Positions 55,254-64,000 of a DNA stretch of 64,000 nucleotides are shown here, piece by piece. The DNA lies in contig JBJBDC010000001.1 in the NCBI GenBank assembly GCA_047285535.1, forward strand, positions 448,136 to 512,135. Direction: 5' to 3'. The stretch is from Synechococcus sp. GTDB taxonomy: Bacteria > Cyanobacteriota > Cyanobacteriia > PCC-6307 > Cyanobiaceae. The notes under the pieces are model-generated. The model was not told the origin of the DNA and searched no databases. It saw nothing but the letters and a program-made list of their open reading frames with translations. The translations under genes were made by a program, and so were the position numbers. Positions within the stretch are counted from its first letter, which is position 1. Each line of letters begins with the position of its first letter.

Positions 55254-55346
55254 CCGCACACCTGTCCGTTTCGGGTGCTGGATGTTGTGATCTGAGCCTT
55301 TGCTCTTCACACTCCATACCTGGCAGGTGGAGGCGAACCCGAAACC
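55254..55346 (+). promoter_or_regulatory. rpsB leader (t44-like autoregulatory RNA)
   Basis: CGCACACCTG...GGGTGC...CAGGTGGAGGCGAACCC pattern directly upstream of rpsB. Confidence 0.65.
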
Positions 55347-55357
55347 CACAACAAAAC

Positions 55358-56068
55358 ATGGCTGTCGTCACTCTCGCCGAGATGATGGAAGCTGGTGCCC
55401 ACTTTGGACACCAGACCCGTCGTTGGAACCCCAAAATGTCGCGCTACATCTATTGCGCGCGTAACGGTGTACACATCATTGACCTTGTGCAGACTGCTGT
55501 CTGCATGAATAACGCATATAAATGGGTGCGCTCCGCTGCACGCAGTGGAAAACGTTTTCTTTTTGTGGGAACCAAGAAGCAAGCCTCTGAAGTTGTGGCT
55601 CATGAAGCCCTGCGCTGTGGATCCTCTTACGTCAATCAGCGATGGCTTGGTGGAATGCTGACCAACTGGACCACCATGAAGGCAAGGATCGATCGACTGA
55701 AAGATCTAGAGCGCATGGAATCCAGTGGAGCTATCGCGATGCGTCCCAAAAAGGAAGGGGCTGTTTTACGTCGTGAACTCGAGCGGCTTCAGAAATACTT
55801 GGGCGGTCTGAAAAATATGCGCCGTCTCCCAGATGTTGTTGTGCTTGTCGATCAACGCCGAGAGACCAACGCGGTTCTTGAGGCTCGAAAGCTCGACATA
55901 TCGTTGGTTTCCATGCTGGATACCAATTGCGATCCAGACCTCTGTGAGGTGCCGATCCCTTGCAATGACGATGCGGTTCGCTCGGTTCAGTTGGTCTTGA
56001 GCCGCTTGGCTGATGCGATTAATGAAGGTCGTCATGGCGGCCAGGATGGCCGGGGCGATGATGGTTAG
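55358..56068 (+). CDS. rpsB: 30S ribosomal protein S2
   Basis: [33 protein letters not shown]. Confidence 0.98.
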   Translation: MAVVTLAEMMEAGAHFGHQTRRWNPKMSRYIYCARNGVHIIDLVQTAVCMNNAYKWVRSAARSGKRFLFVGTKKQASEVVAHEALRCGSSYVNQRWLGGMLTNWTTMKARIDRLKDLERMESSGAIAMRPKKEGAVLRRELERLQKYLGGLKNMRRLPDVVVLVDQRRETNAVLEARKLDISLVSMLDTNCDPDLCEVPIPCNDDAVRSVQLVLSRLADAINEGRHGGQDGRGDDG

Positions 56069-56162
56069 GGCTGATCTTCAGCCACTCAATAATGATTCCT
56101 AGCCGTTGCATGTCAATCGCCGCAGCGGCATCCTCATAGATCCCACCACTTAAATTCCCCTC

Positions 56163-56819
56163 ATGGCGGCCGTTTCAGCCAAGCTGGTTAAACAACTGCG
56201 CGACAAGACTGGCGCAGGAATGATGGATTGCAAGAAAGCCCTGGCAGAAACCAGTGGCGACACGACAAAAGCCATTGAATGGCTTCGTCAAAAAGGCATT
56301 TCCAGTGCAGAAAAGAAATCAAGTCGTGCAGCCGCAGAAGGTGCGATTGGCAGTTATATCCACACGGGAGCTCGTGTTGGTGTGTTGCTAGAGCTGAACT
56401 GTGAAACTGATTTCGTCGCTCGAGGTGACCTCTTCCAAGGGTTGCTCCGTGACGTGTCGATGCAGGTCGCTGCTTGTCCGAATGTGGAATATGTCAGCAC
56501 TGATGAAATCCCTCAAGACATTATTGATCGTGAAAAATCCATCGAGATGGGTCGCGACGATCTTGATGGCAAGCCAGAACAAATGAAGGTCAAGATTGTC
56601 GAAGGGCGCATCGGCAAACGTTTGAAGGAATTGTCCTTGTTGGATCAACCATTTATTCGAGACAGTTCGATGTCGGTGGCCGATTTAGTCAAGGAAGTTG
56701 CAGGCAAAATCGGGGAAAATGTGAAGGTACGACGTTTTACCCGCTACACCCTTGGAGAAGGTATTGAAATTGAACAAGTTGACTTTGCCACTGAAGTGGC
56801 TTCTATGACCAACGGCTGA
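56163..56819 (+). CDS. tsf: Elongation factor Ts
   Basis: [26 protein letters not shown]. Confidence 0.98.
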   Translation: MAAVSAKLVKQLRDKTGAGMMDCKKALAETSGDTTKAIEWLRQKGISSAEKKSSRAAAEGAIGSYIHTGARVGVLLELNCETDFVARGDLFQGLLRDVSMQVAACPNVEYVSTDEIPQDIIDREKSIEMGRDDLDGKPEQMKVKIVEGRIGKRLKELSLLDQPFIRDSSMSVADLVKEVAGKIGENVKVRRFTRYTLGEGIEIEQVDFATEVASMTNG

Positions 56820-56821
56820 TT

Positions 56822-58000
56822 TTGACGGCTGATACGCATTCCACCAGCGATTACGACTCGAACGAACAGCTCCGTCGGCTTCAAATACTAAGCCGACGGA
56901 TTGTTCCCTTGATGTATCGCGAACAAGCTCTTTATTTACAGATTCTGCGGGAGCTGTTGGTTCCAGGTGTCCGTAATGCAATCGGTCATCTGCTTTGTGA
57001 ACGTGGAGAACGGTTGTCGAGGATGTCCTCGGAGCAACAAGCCGAACTTCAAAACAAATTGGACGGACTTGTTCAACGTTGCAATAGCCTTTTGACTGTT
57101 GAGCAGCTCATGGATCTTTCCCGGCGCCTTCAGAAAGAGGCCTTGGAACTTAGGCAGCAGCTCCAGCTTGATGTGAATCAATCTCTTCAGAATGTTTCAG
57201 AGACTGAAAAAAACGCAATCGTTCGAGGAGGTATTGAGCTAAGCCTCACACCTCCTATTGAGAATCCCGATCTCCTAGTTGGATTGCTACCTCGCAACAA
57301 GGATGGATCTGAGAGTGATAATTCTTCCATCCATGCGGCGGATGAACAGCAGCGATCTGTTCAGGATCCGATTGATCGCGACTCATCTGTCGATGGAACA
57401 ACGACTGATTTGGATCTTTTGCGTTCACTTTTCCTAATGGCTGGGGAAGCCATGCATCAGGGAGATCATGAAGTTCAGGCAAGGAATTTGGAATCGGACT
57501 CGGCTGGACTTGATTCATCGGTTGTTCAATCTGAGCAGGTGGCTGAGGAATTGCTTCCCTCAATGCCTTTGGATTTGCTGAACTGGTTTGAAGGCCAAGA
57601 GTTAGCACTGAGCCGCAGGATTCGAAATTTGTCCCATGCTCTAAATGTTGAGTTGCTGAGGGCTGGTTTGATCAGCAGCCTTCTTCCTTCCTCCCTTCTC
57701 GATGCTGCAATCTCAGGACAGCTACAGGCTCTTCCCTCACCTTCTAATCTTCTAAGGCTCAAGCTCCCGCTGCCCATTCCATCCCAAGAACAAAACTTGG
57801 AAATCCTTAGCGTGTTGGTCAAACCTGCGGATCTTGAGTTTGACAACGTTTCTCTGCGGCAAAGTCGTTACCGGTTAGGTCAATATCGCAGCACTTTGCT
57901 GACAATGGTGCGTCAACAGCGGCATTGGCAAAATCGTCTCAACAGTCAGGAGGTGCAGAGTCAGTGGTGGCCCAATCCTCCGACGACACATCAGGACTGA
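56822..58000 (+). CDS. Conserved hypothetical protein between tsf and recG
   Basis: 392-aa helical ORF coupled to tsf and overlapping the recG start. Confidence 0.8.
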   Translation: MTADTHSTSDYDSNEQLRRLQILSRRIVPLMYREQALYLQILRELLVPGVRNAIGHLLCERGERLSRMSSEQQAELQNKLDGLVQRCNSLLTVEQLMDLSRRLQKEALELRQQLQLDVNQSLQNVSETEKNAIVRGGIELSLTPPIENPDLLVGLLPRNKDGSESDNSSIHAADEQQRSVQDPIDRDSSVDGTTTDLDLLRSLFLMAGEAMHQGDHEVQARNLESDSAGLDSSVVQSEQVAEELLPSMPLDLLNWFEGQELALSRRIRNLSHALNVELLRAGLISSLLPSSLLDAAISGQLQALPSPSNLLRLKLPLPIPSQEQNLEILSVLVKPADLEFDNVSLRQSRYRLGQYRSTLLTMVRQQRHWQNRLNSQEVQSQWWPNPPTTHQD

Positions 58001-60498
58001 ATCCGAGGCTCGATCGTCAGCAGTTGGAGTGTTTGCAGGCCTGGATTCGCCCGCTACAGCAGTCCCTCGCCCTTGAGGCTGAACGAGGATTTCTGGACCT
58101 TCAAGGTCGCAATGAATGCTTTCATGCCTTTCTAAGCCGTCAACTGTCGAGCCCGCCCCCTGTGGCTCTGCCAAACGACAGCCTGGTCCGTCTGCGTTCA
58201 TTGGCCAGCGAATTTTCGTCCTATCCCGACCTTGCTGATGCGGGCCGTCGTCGCCTTGTCAGTGGTACGCGTCAGTGGCTCCATGGTTTGCGTGCTCGCA
58301 TGGAACCATCAACCCCGATGGCCCCTCCTCGTTTAAAAGTAGCAACCACTCAGCAAGGTGTTGTCCAACCCGGATCTGGATCAGACACTTTGGGGTTGGA
58401 CTCCCCCCTTGCTCGAGTCCATGGCATTGGTCCCAAATTGGCCGAACGTTTGGCGAGTCTTGGTCTTTTTCTGGTTCGAGATCTAATCCAGCACTATCCG
58501 AGGGACTATGTCGATTACTCGGCTATGCGCAGAATTAACGATTTGGAGGCTGGTGAGACCGCAACGATTGTTGCCACGGTTCGTCGCTCGCATGGCTTCA
58601 CCAGTCCACGCAATCCCAATCTATCGATCATTGAACTGCAGCTTCAAGACCCCACCGGTCGAATTAAAGTCACTCGCTTTTTGGCTGGAAGACGGTTTAG
58701 TAATCCTTCTTATTTGCATGGTCAGACCCGTCAGTACCCCATTGGTTCCACCGTGGCTGTGAGTGGATTGGTCAAAAGTGGGCCTTATGGGTTCAGTTTT
58801 CAAGATCCGTTGATTGAAGTGATGGAGAGCGCCTCTGCACCAGTTCGTTCTCGTCAGATTGGAAGGCTTTTGCCCGTCTATCCCCTTACTGAAGGACTCA
58901 CGGCTGATCGCTTTCGAAGCTTGGTGGACGCGGTTTTGCCAGCAGCTCGTCTTTGGCCTGATCCTTTGCCCGCGCAACGTCGCAAGGCTCGCGGCCTTTT
59001 AGCTCGTGATCAAGCTTTGGTTGCCATCCATCGACCGGAGACCAGCGAGCAACTACAGCAAGCACGTCATCGCCTTGTGTTTGATGAGTTTCTGCTGTTG
59101 CAACTCAGTTTGATGCAACGAAGAGCGGCCATCCGTCAACGTTCAGCCCCCGTGCTACCTGCAGGCTTGCATGGAGAAGGTTTGAGCGGTCGTTTTTTAT
59201 CCCTTCTTCCTTTTGACCTTACGGATGCTCAGAAGCGCGTTCTTTCTGAGATTGAAAACGATCTTGAGCGCCCTGAACCGATGGCTCGCCTTGTGCAAGG
59301 CGATGTGGGTAGCGGCAAGACTGTGGTGGCCATTGCTGCTTTACTCCGCGCGGTGGAAGCCGGCTGGCAAGGGGCAATGATGGCCCCAACAGAAGTGTTA
59401 GCGGCACAGCATTACCGCAGTCTTTGCAGTTGGTTGCCTCAATTGCACGTAACGGTGGAGCTGCTCACCGGCTCAACAACTCGCCGCAATCGACGTCAGA
59501 TTCTGAATGATCTATCTGCCGGTAACTTGCGCATTCTTGTAGGAACCCACGCTCTATTGGAGGATCCTGTCGCCTTCGATCGCTTGGGATTGGTCGTTGT
59601 GGATGAGCAACATCGGTTTGGGGTCCGTCAGCGCAATCGCCTGCTCGATAAGGGATTGCAACCACATTTGCTCACGATGACAGCCACTCCGATTCCACGA
59701 ACGCTGGCGTTATCACTTCATGGTGATCTTGATGTGAGTCAGATCGATGAATTGCCTCCAGGTCGAACCCCGATTCGCACATCGGTGGTGAAAAGCTCTG
59801 ATCGCGAAGAAGCCTACGAGCTCATTCGAGCTCAGGTGTTGCAAGGTCAGCGCGTGTATGTAGTGCTTCCCTTGGTGGAGGAATCAGAAAAAGTCGATCT
59901 TCGCTCTGCCGTCGATGTGCATCGTCAGCTGTCCGAACAGGTCTTTCCTGAGTTCAGTGTTGGGCTTCTGCATGGACGCTTAGCCAGTGCTGATAAGCAA
60001 TCGGTCATTGCTGATTTTGCTAGTGGTGCGACTCAGATTTTGGTGTCCACCACTGTTGTCGAAGTGGGTGTGGATGTTCCTGAAGCCAGTGTGATGGTGG
60101 TCGAACATGCCGATCGTTTTGGTCTGGCCCAGTTGCACCAACTGCGGGGACGGGTTGGACGTGGTGCAGCCGCCTCATATTGCTTGCTCGTCAATGACAG
60201 CCGCAACCCCCTAGCTCGGCAACGTCTTGAGGTCTTAGCCCGTTCGAATGATGGATTTGAGATTGCGGAGATGGACCTTCGGTTTAGAGGGCCAGGACAA
60301 GTTCTTGGGACTCGTCAGTCAGGTTTGCCAGATTTGGCGCTAGCCAGTTTGGCTGATGATGGTGCTGTTTTAGAAGAAGCCCGGGATGAAGCTGCGAGTC
60401 TTCTTCATGAAGACCCAGATTTGTCTGACCATGGTCAAATTCGCTTACTGTTAGAAGATCAACGAAAGCGTGCGGCAGCTGCTGCGCAGCTCAACTAG
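57925..60498 (+). CDS. recG: ATP-dependent DNA helicase RecG
   Basis: QGDVGSGKT, DEQHRFG, MTATPIPRTL, QLRGRVGRG; start uncertain. Confidence 0.97.
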   Translation: MAKSSQQSGGAESVVAQSSDDTSGLNPRLDRQQLECLQAWIRPLQQSLALEAERGFLDLQGRNECFHAFLSRQLSSPPPVALPNDSLVRLRSLASEFSSYPDLADAGRRRLVSGTRQWLHGLRARMEPSTPMAPPRLKVATTQQGVVQPGSGSDTLGLDSPLARVHGIGPKLAERLASLGLFLVRDLIQHYPRDYVDYSAMRRINDLEAGETATIVATVRRSHGFTSPRNPNLSIIELQLQDPTGRIKVTRFLAGRRFSNPSYLHGQTRQYPIGSTVAVSGLVKSGPYGFSFQDPLIEVMESASAPVRSRQIGRLLPVYPLTEGLTADRFRSLVDAVLPAARLWPDPLPAQRRKARGLLARDQALVAIHRPETSEQLQQARHRLVFDEFLLLQLSLMQRRAAIRQRSAPVLPAGLHGEGLSGRFLSLLPFDLTDAQKRVLSEIENDLERPEPMARLVQGDVGSGKTVVAIAALLRAVEAGWQGAMMAPTEVLAAQHYRSLCSWLPQLHVTVELLTGSTTRRNRRQILNDLSAGNLRILVGTHALLEDPVAFDRLGLVVVDEQHRFGVRQRNRLLDKGLQPHLLTMTATPIPRTLALSLHGDLDVSQIDELPPGRTPIRTSVVKSSDREEAYELIRAQVLQGQRVYVVLPLVEESEKVDLRSAVDVHRQLSEQVFPEFSVGLLHGRLASADKQSVIADFASGATQILVSTTVVEVGVDVPEASVMVVEHADRFGLAQLHQLRGRVGRGAAASYCLLVNDSRNPLARQRLEVLARSNDGFEIAEMDLRFRGPGQVLGTRQSGLPDLALASLADDGAVLEEARDEAASLLHEDPDLSDHGQIRLLLEDQRKRAAAAAQLN

Positions 60499-61818
60499 TC
60501 ATGGCTAAGCCCAGTGTTGAACGGTACTTTTTTGTTGGGAATGGTCTCCACCACCTATTGCCTGCGGCCATCAAACAAGACAGATGGATTGAAGTCAGAG
60601 TTAGATTTGCGATCTACTCTTTCTGTGATTAATGTTGACAGTATTCCTGTAGATTTTCGAACTTTCTCGGGTTGATTTGCCTTATTTTCTTTGGATTGAC
60701 GGCTCCTCGGGTAACAGTTCAAAGGGTTTTATTTGTAATACATTTATTTTTTGGAGTGATTTTCGCTCCGGGATTTAAGTTTTTGCTATGTATTTTGTCC
60801 TTTGTTTTCGGCTTGGATCCTAGTCATTGTTTTGCGTTGTTGCGACGTTTTCCTCTTGTGGGATCGAAGTATTCGACTGCGTTTTGAGTCAATACGAATA
60901 AGGGTATGAACTGTTTCTGTCAAGCCTGCCAGTGTCTAGGTATAGTTGGAACTCAGTTGCCTATGACTTTTGTTGGCTCTCGTTTGTAGTATGAATGAGC
61001 TCATGATTTCTCTTGGGTCGATCTGTCGTCGATGAAATGAATCTGGCTATTATTTTTAATGCCTTGAGGGTGGCAGTAGTGATTCTCTGAAGGGGGCTAA
61101 TCGCTTTTTGAAGTGATTGTATGTATGAAGATTAAGTTGTCTCTTGGGAATATTGTTGATTGCTTCTGGGAAGTTGTGTTTCTCAGTTATGGTTCTTATA
61201 GGGAGGGTTTATGTAAATTGGTTTTGTGGGTTGAATGCTTAGCACGCCATTGCTTGTTGATGCTTTGTCGTCAAGAACTCCCATCACAGAAAAAAGTTCT
61301 TTTCTTTGAGTTTTGGTGATAGGCATTGATAGTGTTTGAGGATTAGCTTTTGAATCTATGGCTTTAGCGTTGAAGGTGATCGTGCTTGCTGGCGAATGCT
61401 TCATGTTTGGATTGTTGTGGATTCTATGTTTCTGGCGAACTTGGCTTGTTGTTTGCCGGTCAAGGAGGGGTAGATGGAATGAGGGAGTGAGATCTATTGG
61501 GCTTAGATTGTAAGCCTAATTTCAATTATTTGAAATTCATGGCGACTAAACTGTGGCTTGATTCTACCTTGTGAATGTTTCCATTTTGTGCAAGCTTTTG
61601 TTCGTGTCATTCATCTTATCTTGACTGTCTAAATAATTACTTCGCTAATCCATGTCAGGTTTTACCGGCCGCTTGGTCGGGCTTAATGAGTCCTCTCACC
61701 GCTAAGGTTTTTATCACAAAATCAGAACGGCTGGGTATTGCCTGCTGAGAATCATCTGCAGTTTTTCATTGTTCGACATTTTGTATTCAGACATGGCTTT
61801 CTTAGACATGCTGGCTAC

Positions 61819-62832
61819 ATGTCTTCTTTTAGCCTCCTTGAGCGTGCCAGTGCGGAATTGCTGAACTGGCTCCACGAAACAGCTCAAGTCCAATCGATTG
61901 AAAAAAACACTCCACTCCTAAGAGAGGCCGAGATCAATCAGAAGGTTGTTCTGCTGCTCAAAGGGCAGCTGATCCTCACTTCAACGATCTTGAAAAGAGA
62001 AGTCGATGTTCTGGGAGATCTGAGTATTGGTGACCTTGTTGGAGAGATGAGTTGGCTTGAACAGCAGCCTGCCTTTGCAACTACAACGGCAAAGACAGGT
62101 GCAATGGTTTTAGAGATACCGTTCAAAAGCTTGGATAGCCTTCAAAACAGCAACCCTGCAATCGCGGCCGAACTGAATCGGTTATTAGCTCAAAAACTTG
62201 CGCTTCAAATCCAAGAGCAAAATATCTGGGTGCATCGTCTCAAGGAAAACACACTCCCTGAAGCCCCCCTTCGGAATGTTCTCGTACTCTTTGCCAGCCT
62301 CAATGAACAAGACATTCAGTGTCTTGCTGAACTGGGACAAAGGCAGAAACTTCAACCAGGTGACTGCCTCCTTAAGCAAGGGAACGATGTGGATGCCTTG
62401 TATCTCGTTATGAGCGGGGATGCAGAGATTACCTTCACTCTCTCTGGTGACACTCAACTTGTTGGTAGTGCTTGTAGGGGAGAATTGCTGGGAGACATGG
62501 CCTTTCTCCTTGAGGACCAATCAGGTGCCTCAGCTGACGTTCGCTCGAGGGATGGAATGGATTTGCTGCGTCTTGATCGCAGAGGTTTACGTCAGGCACT
62601 CGACCAAGATCCATATCTTTCCTGTCGCTTCTACAGAGGTTTGGCGTGCATGTTGTCTCAACGCAGTCGACATCAACTTCTCAGCAGGCAGGTCAATACC
62701 GTCAGTCATGAATCTGAATTGTTCGACAATGATCGACTTGACACGATTCAATTGCGAGGAATTAGTCGAGCAGCGCGCCATTTTGATTGGCTTTGCCAGC
62801 ATTTCCAAACTGGGCATCAGGTGCGGTCATGA
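61819..62832 (+). CDS. Tandem cyclic-nucleotide-binding domain protein
   Basis: Two cNMP-like domains (GDLVGEMSWL; GELLGDMAFL); no C-terminal HTH; ATGA overlap with the next gene. Confidence 0.88.
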   Translation: MSSFSLLERASAELLNWLHETAQVQSIEKNTPLLREAEINQKVVLLLKGQLILTSTILKREVDVLGDLSIGDLVGEMSWLEQQPAFATTTAKTGAMVLEIPFKSLDSLQNSNPAIAAELNRLLAQKLALQIQEQNIWVHRLKENTLPEAPLRNVLVLFASLNEQDIQCLAELGQRQKLQPGDCLLKQGNDVDALYLVMSGDAEITFTLSGDTQLVGSACRGELLGDMAFLLEDQSGASADVRSRDGMDLLRLDRRGLRQALDQDPYLSCRFYRGLACMLSQRSRHQLLSRQVNTVSHESELFDNDRLDTIQLRGISRAARHFDWLCQHFQTGHQVRS

Positions 62833-64000
62833 ACTGGAACGCAGGGACTGATGTTCTGTGGCCTTCGGTAGCCTTTCGGATCAAAAAAGGGGAAGTCTTA
62901 CTGGTCTCTAGAGGGAGTAGAGAGTTCGGACTTCTGCGACTGGAGCGAAACCTCGTTTACCCAGGTTTTCCCGATCAGGCTGGAGCACCTATCAGGCTTT
63001 ACCTTCGCGCCATCCAACCCAGTCGTCTGGCCTTGTTGAAGGTTGAAGATGACCTGCCTGGAAGACTCTGGCTCGATCGACATCTCAGTAGTGATCTTGC
63101 ATGCGATAGCTCAACCGAAGCCTTATCAGTCGAGCAGATCCTGCAGAAGCTTAATGCGTTGCATGCCCAAGCAGATGAACTCCACCAGATATTGCTGGAT
63201 GCTCACCGCCCTCTCAATGCTCGTCATGAAGCTCATCTCTTCTCAGAGATGGAGAGTGCTCCTGGTAGTAGTGAGATTCCATCCATACGGGCAAGATCCT
63301 CGTCCAACCAGTTGGCTCAAGACCCTCTCCTAAGCGGACTCACCCTGCTGTTTGGAAAAGACAAGCAACTGCTACCGCTTCCCCCGCATAAAACTGACCC
63401 TGATCCTAAAAAGCGTCTCAAGCAATTTCTCGATCGCACTGATCTCTTTGCCAGAGAAGTCGTTCTCGATCGGGCTGATCTCAACCAGGATTGTGGTGAC
63501 TTAATTGGTTTTGTCGATGATGACGAGAATGCAGTCGTCGTTCTGAAATCAACGTCTCAGGGCTATCTGGCCTGGCGACCTTGCCAAATGCCCCGACCTC
63601 TTCCGATTGAACAATGCTGGGGTTTGTTGGATGGTCTTTCCCCCAGGATGCTCTCCATCAGTCCAGCTTTCGGACCTGACGACCTCAGTACCTTCGGGCT
63701 ACTGCGCTTTGCCTACGGGAAACCCCAAAATACGTCGACGTTTGTGATCGGCGGGTTACTTGTTGGCATCATTTTTGGCTTTCTGCTTGCGATTGGACGA
63801 GAGGTGGGCGCTGCACGCTGGATCTTCGGCATGGGTTTTACCGGTCTGCTGACAGGAACCACTCTTGGGTTTCTCAGCGGTGGCTTTCGATTGGGCGTTG
63901 CCGTCATGCTTCTTTCAACACTTCTTGCGCTCTTAACTCCCACGTTCAACACCGTCATTACCAATCATGCACTCCCAGATCAAGACCTAGGGCTCCTGCT
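62829..64000 (+). CDS. Bacteriocin/NHLP-type ABC exporter, N-terminal part (runs off the window)
   Basis: Open frame from MNWNAGTD to the window end; degenerate C39-like region (AREVVLD...DCGDLIGF) then TM helices ending LLTPTFNTVITNHALPDQD; ATPase domain not visible. Confidence 0.7.
   Translation, partial: MNWNAGTDVLWPSVAFRIKKGEVLLVSRGSREFGLLRLERNLVYPGFPDQAGAPIRLYLRAIQPSRLALLKVEDDLPGRLWLDRHLSSDLACDSSTEALSVEQILQKLNALHAQADELHQILLDAHRPLNARHEAHLFSEMESAPGSSEIPSIRARSSSNQLAQDPLLSGLTLLFGKDKQLLPLPPHKTDPDPKKRLKQFLDRTDLFAREVVLDRADLNQDCGDLIGFVDDDENAVVVLKSTSQGYLAWRPCQMPRPLPIEQCWGLLDGLSPRMLSISPAFGPDDLSTFGLLRFAYGKPQNTSTFVIGGLLVGIIFGFLLAIGREVGAARWIFGMGFTGLLTGTTLGFLSGGFRLGVAVMLLSTLLALLTPTFNTVITNHALPDQDLGLL

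Overview
The window looks like marine Synechococcus (picocyanobacterial) chromosome, judged from gene content and order. From about 46.9 to 60.5 kb it is conserved core: nrdJ, a methyltransferase, prfC, a CPP1-like gene, hslO, an ABC ATPase, DUF3531, rpsB, tsf and recG. Everything left of tRNA-Ser(UGA) at 46439-46523 is a mosaic, partly decayed genomic island. It carries a Som porin, cpcL, a metallothionein, a Yfr2-like sRNA, several small secreted proteins and pseudogenes (glnN, DJ-1/PfpI, nuclease, EF-hand, integrase). The main discovery is a dispersed peptide system at about 6.5-17 kb, with six double-glycine-type leader peptide genes. Four of them sit behind copies of a ~190-nt non-coding element that starts with a CRP-type TGTGA-N6-TCACA box and appears to fold into a conserved hairpin. 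Two precursors share a C-terminal DNCTA(T/S)SDTGxMxCP motif; one of them is hidden by a 1-nt frameshift. They cluster with a thioredoxin and a stand-alone cyanophycin-synthetase/GshF-like ATP-grasp ligase, making this a candidate new RiPP class. After recG, a second insertion begins with a tandem cNMP-binding protein and a bacteriocin-type ABC exporter that is cut off by the window edge. All family assignments come from reading motifs by eye; no searches were run.
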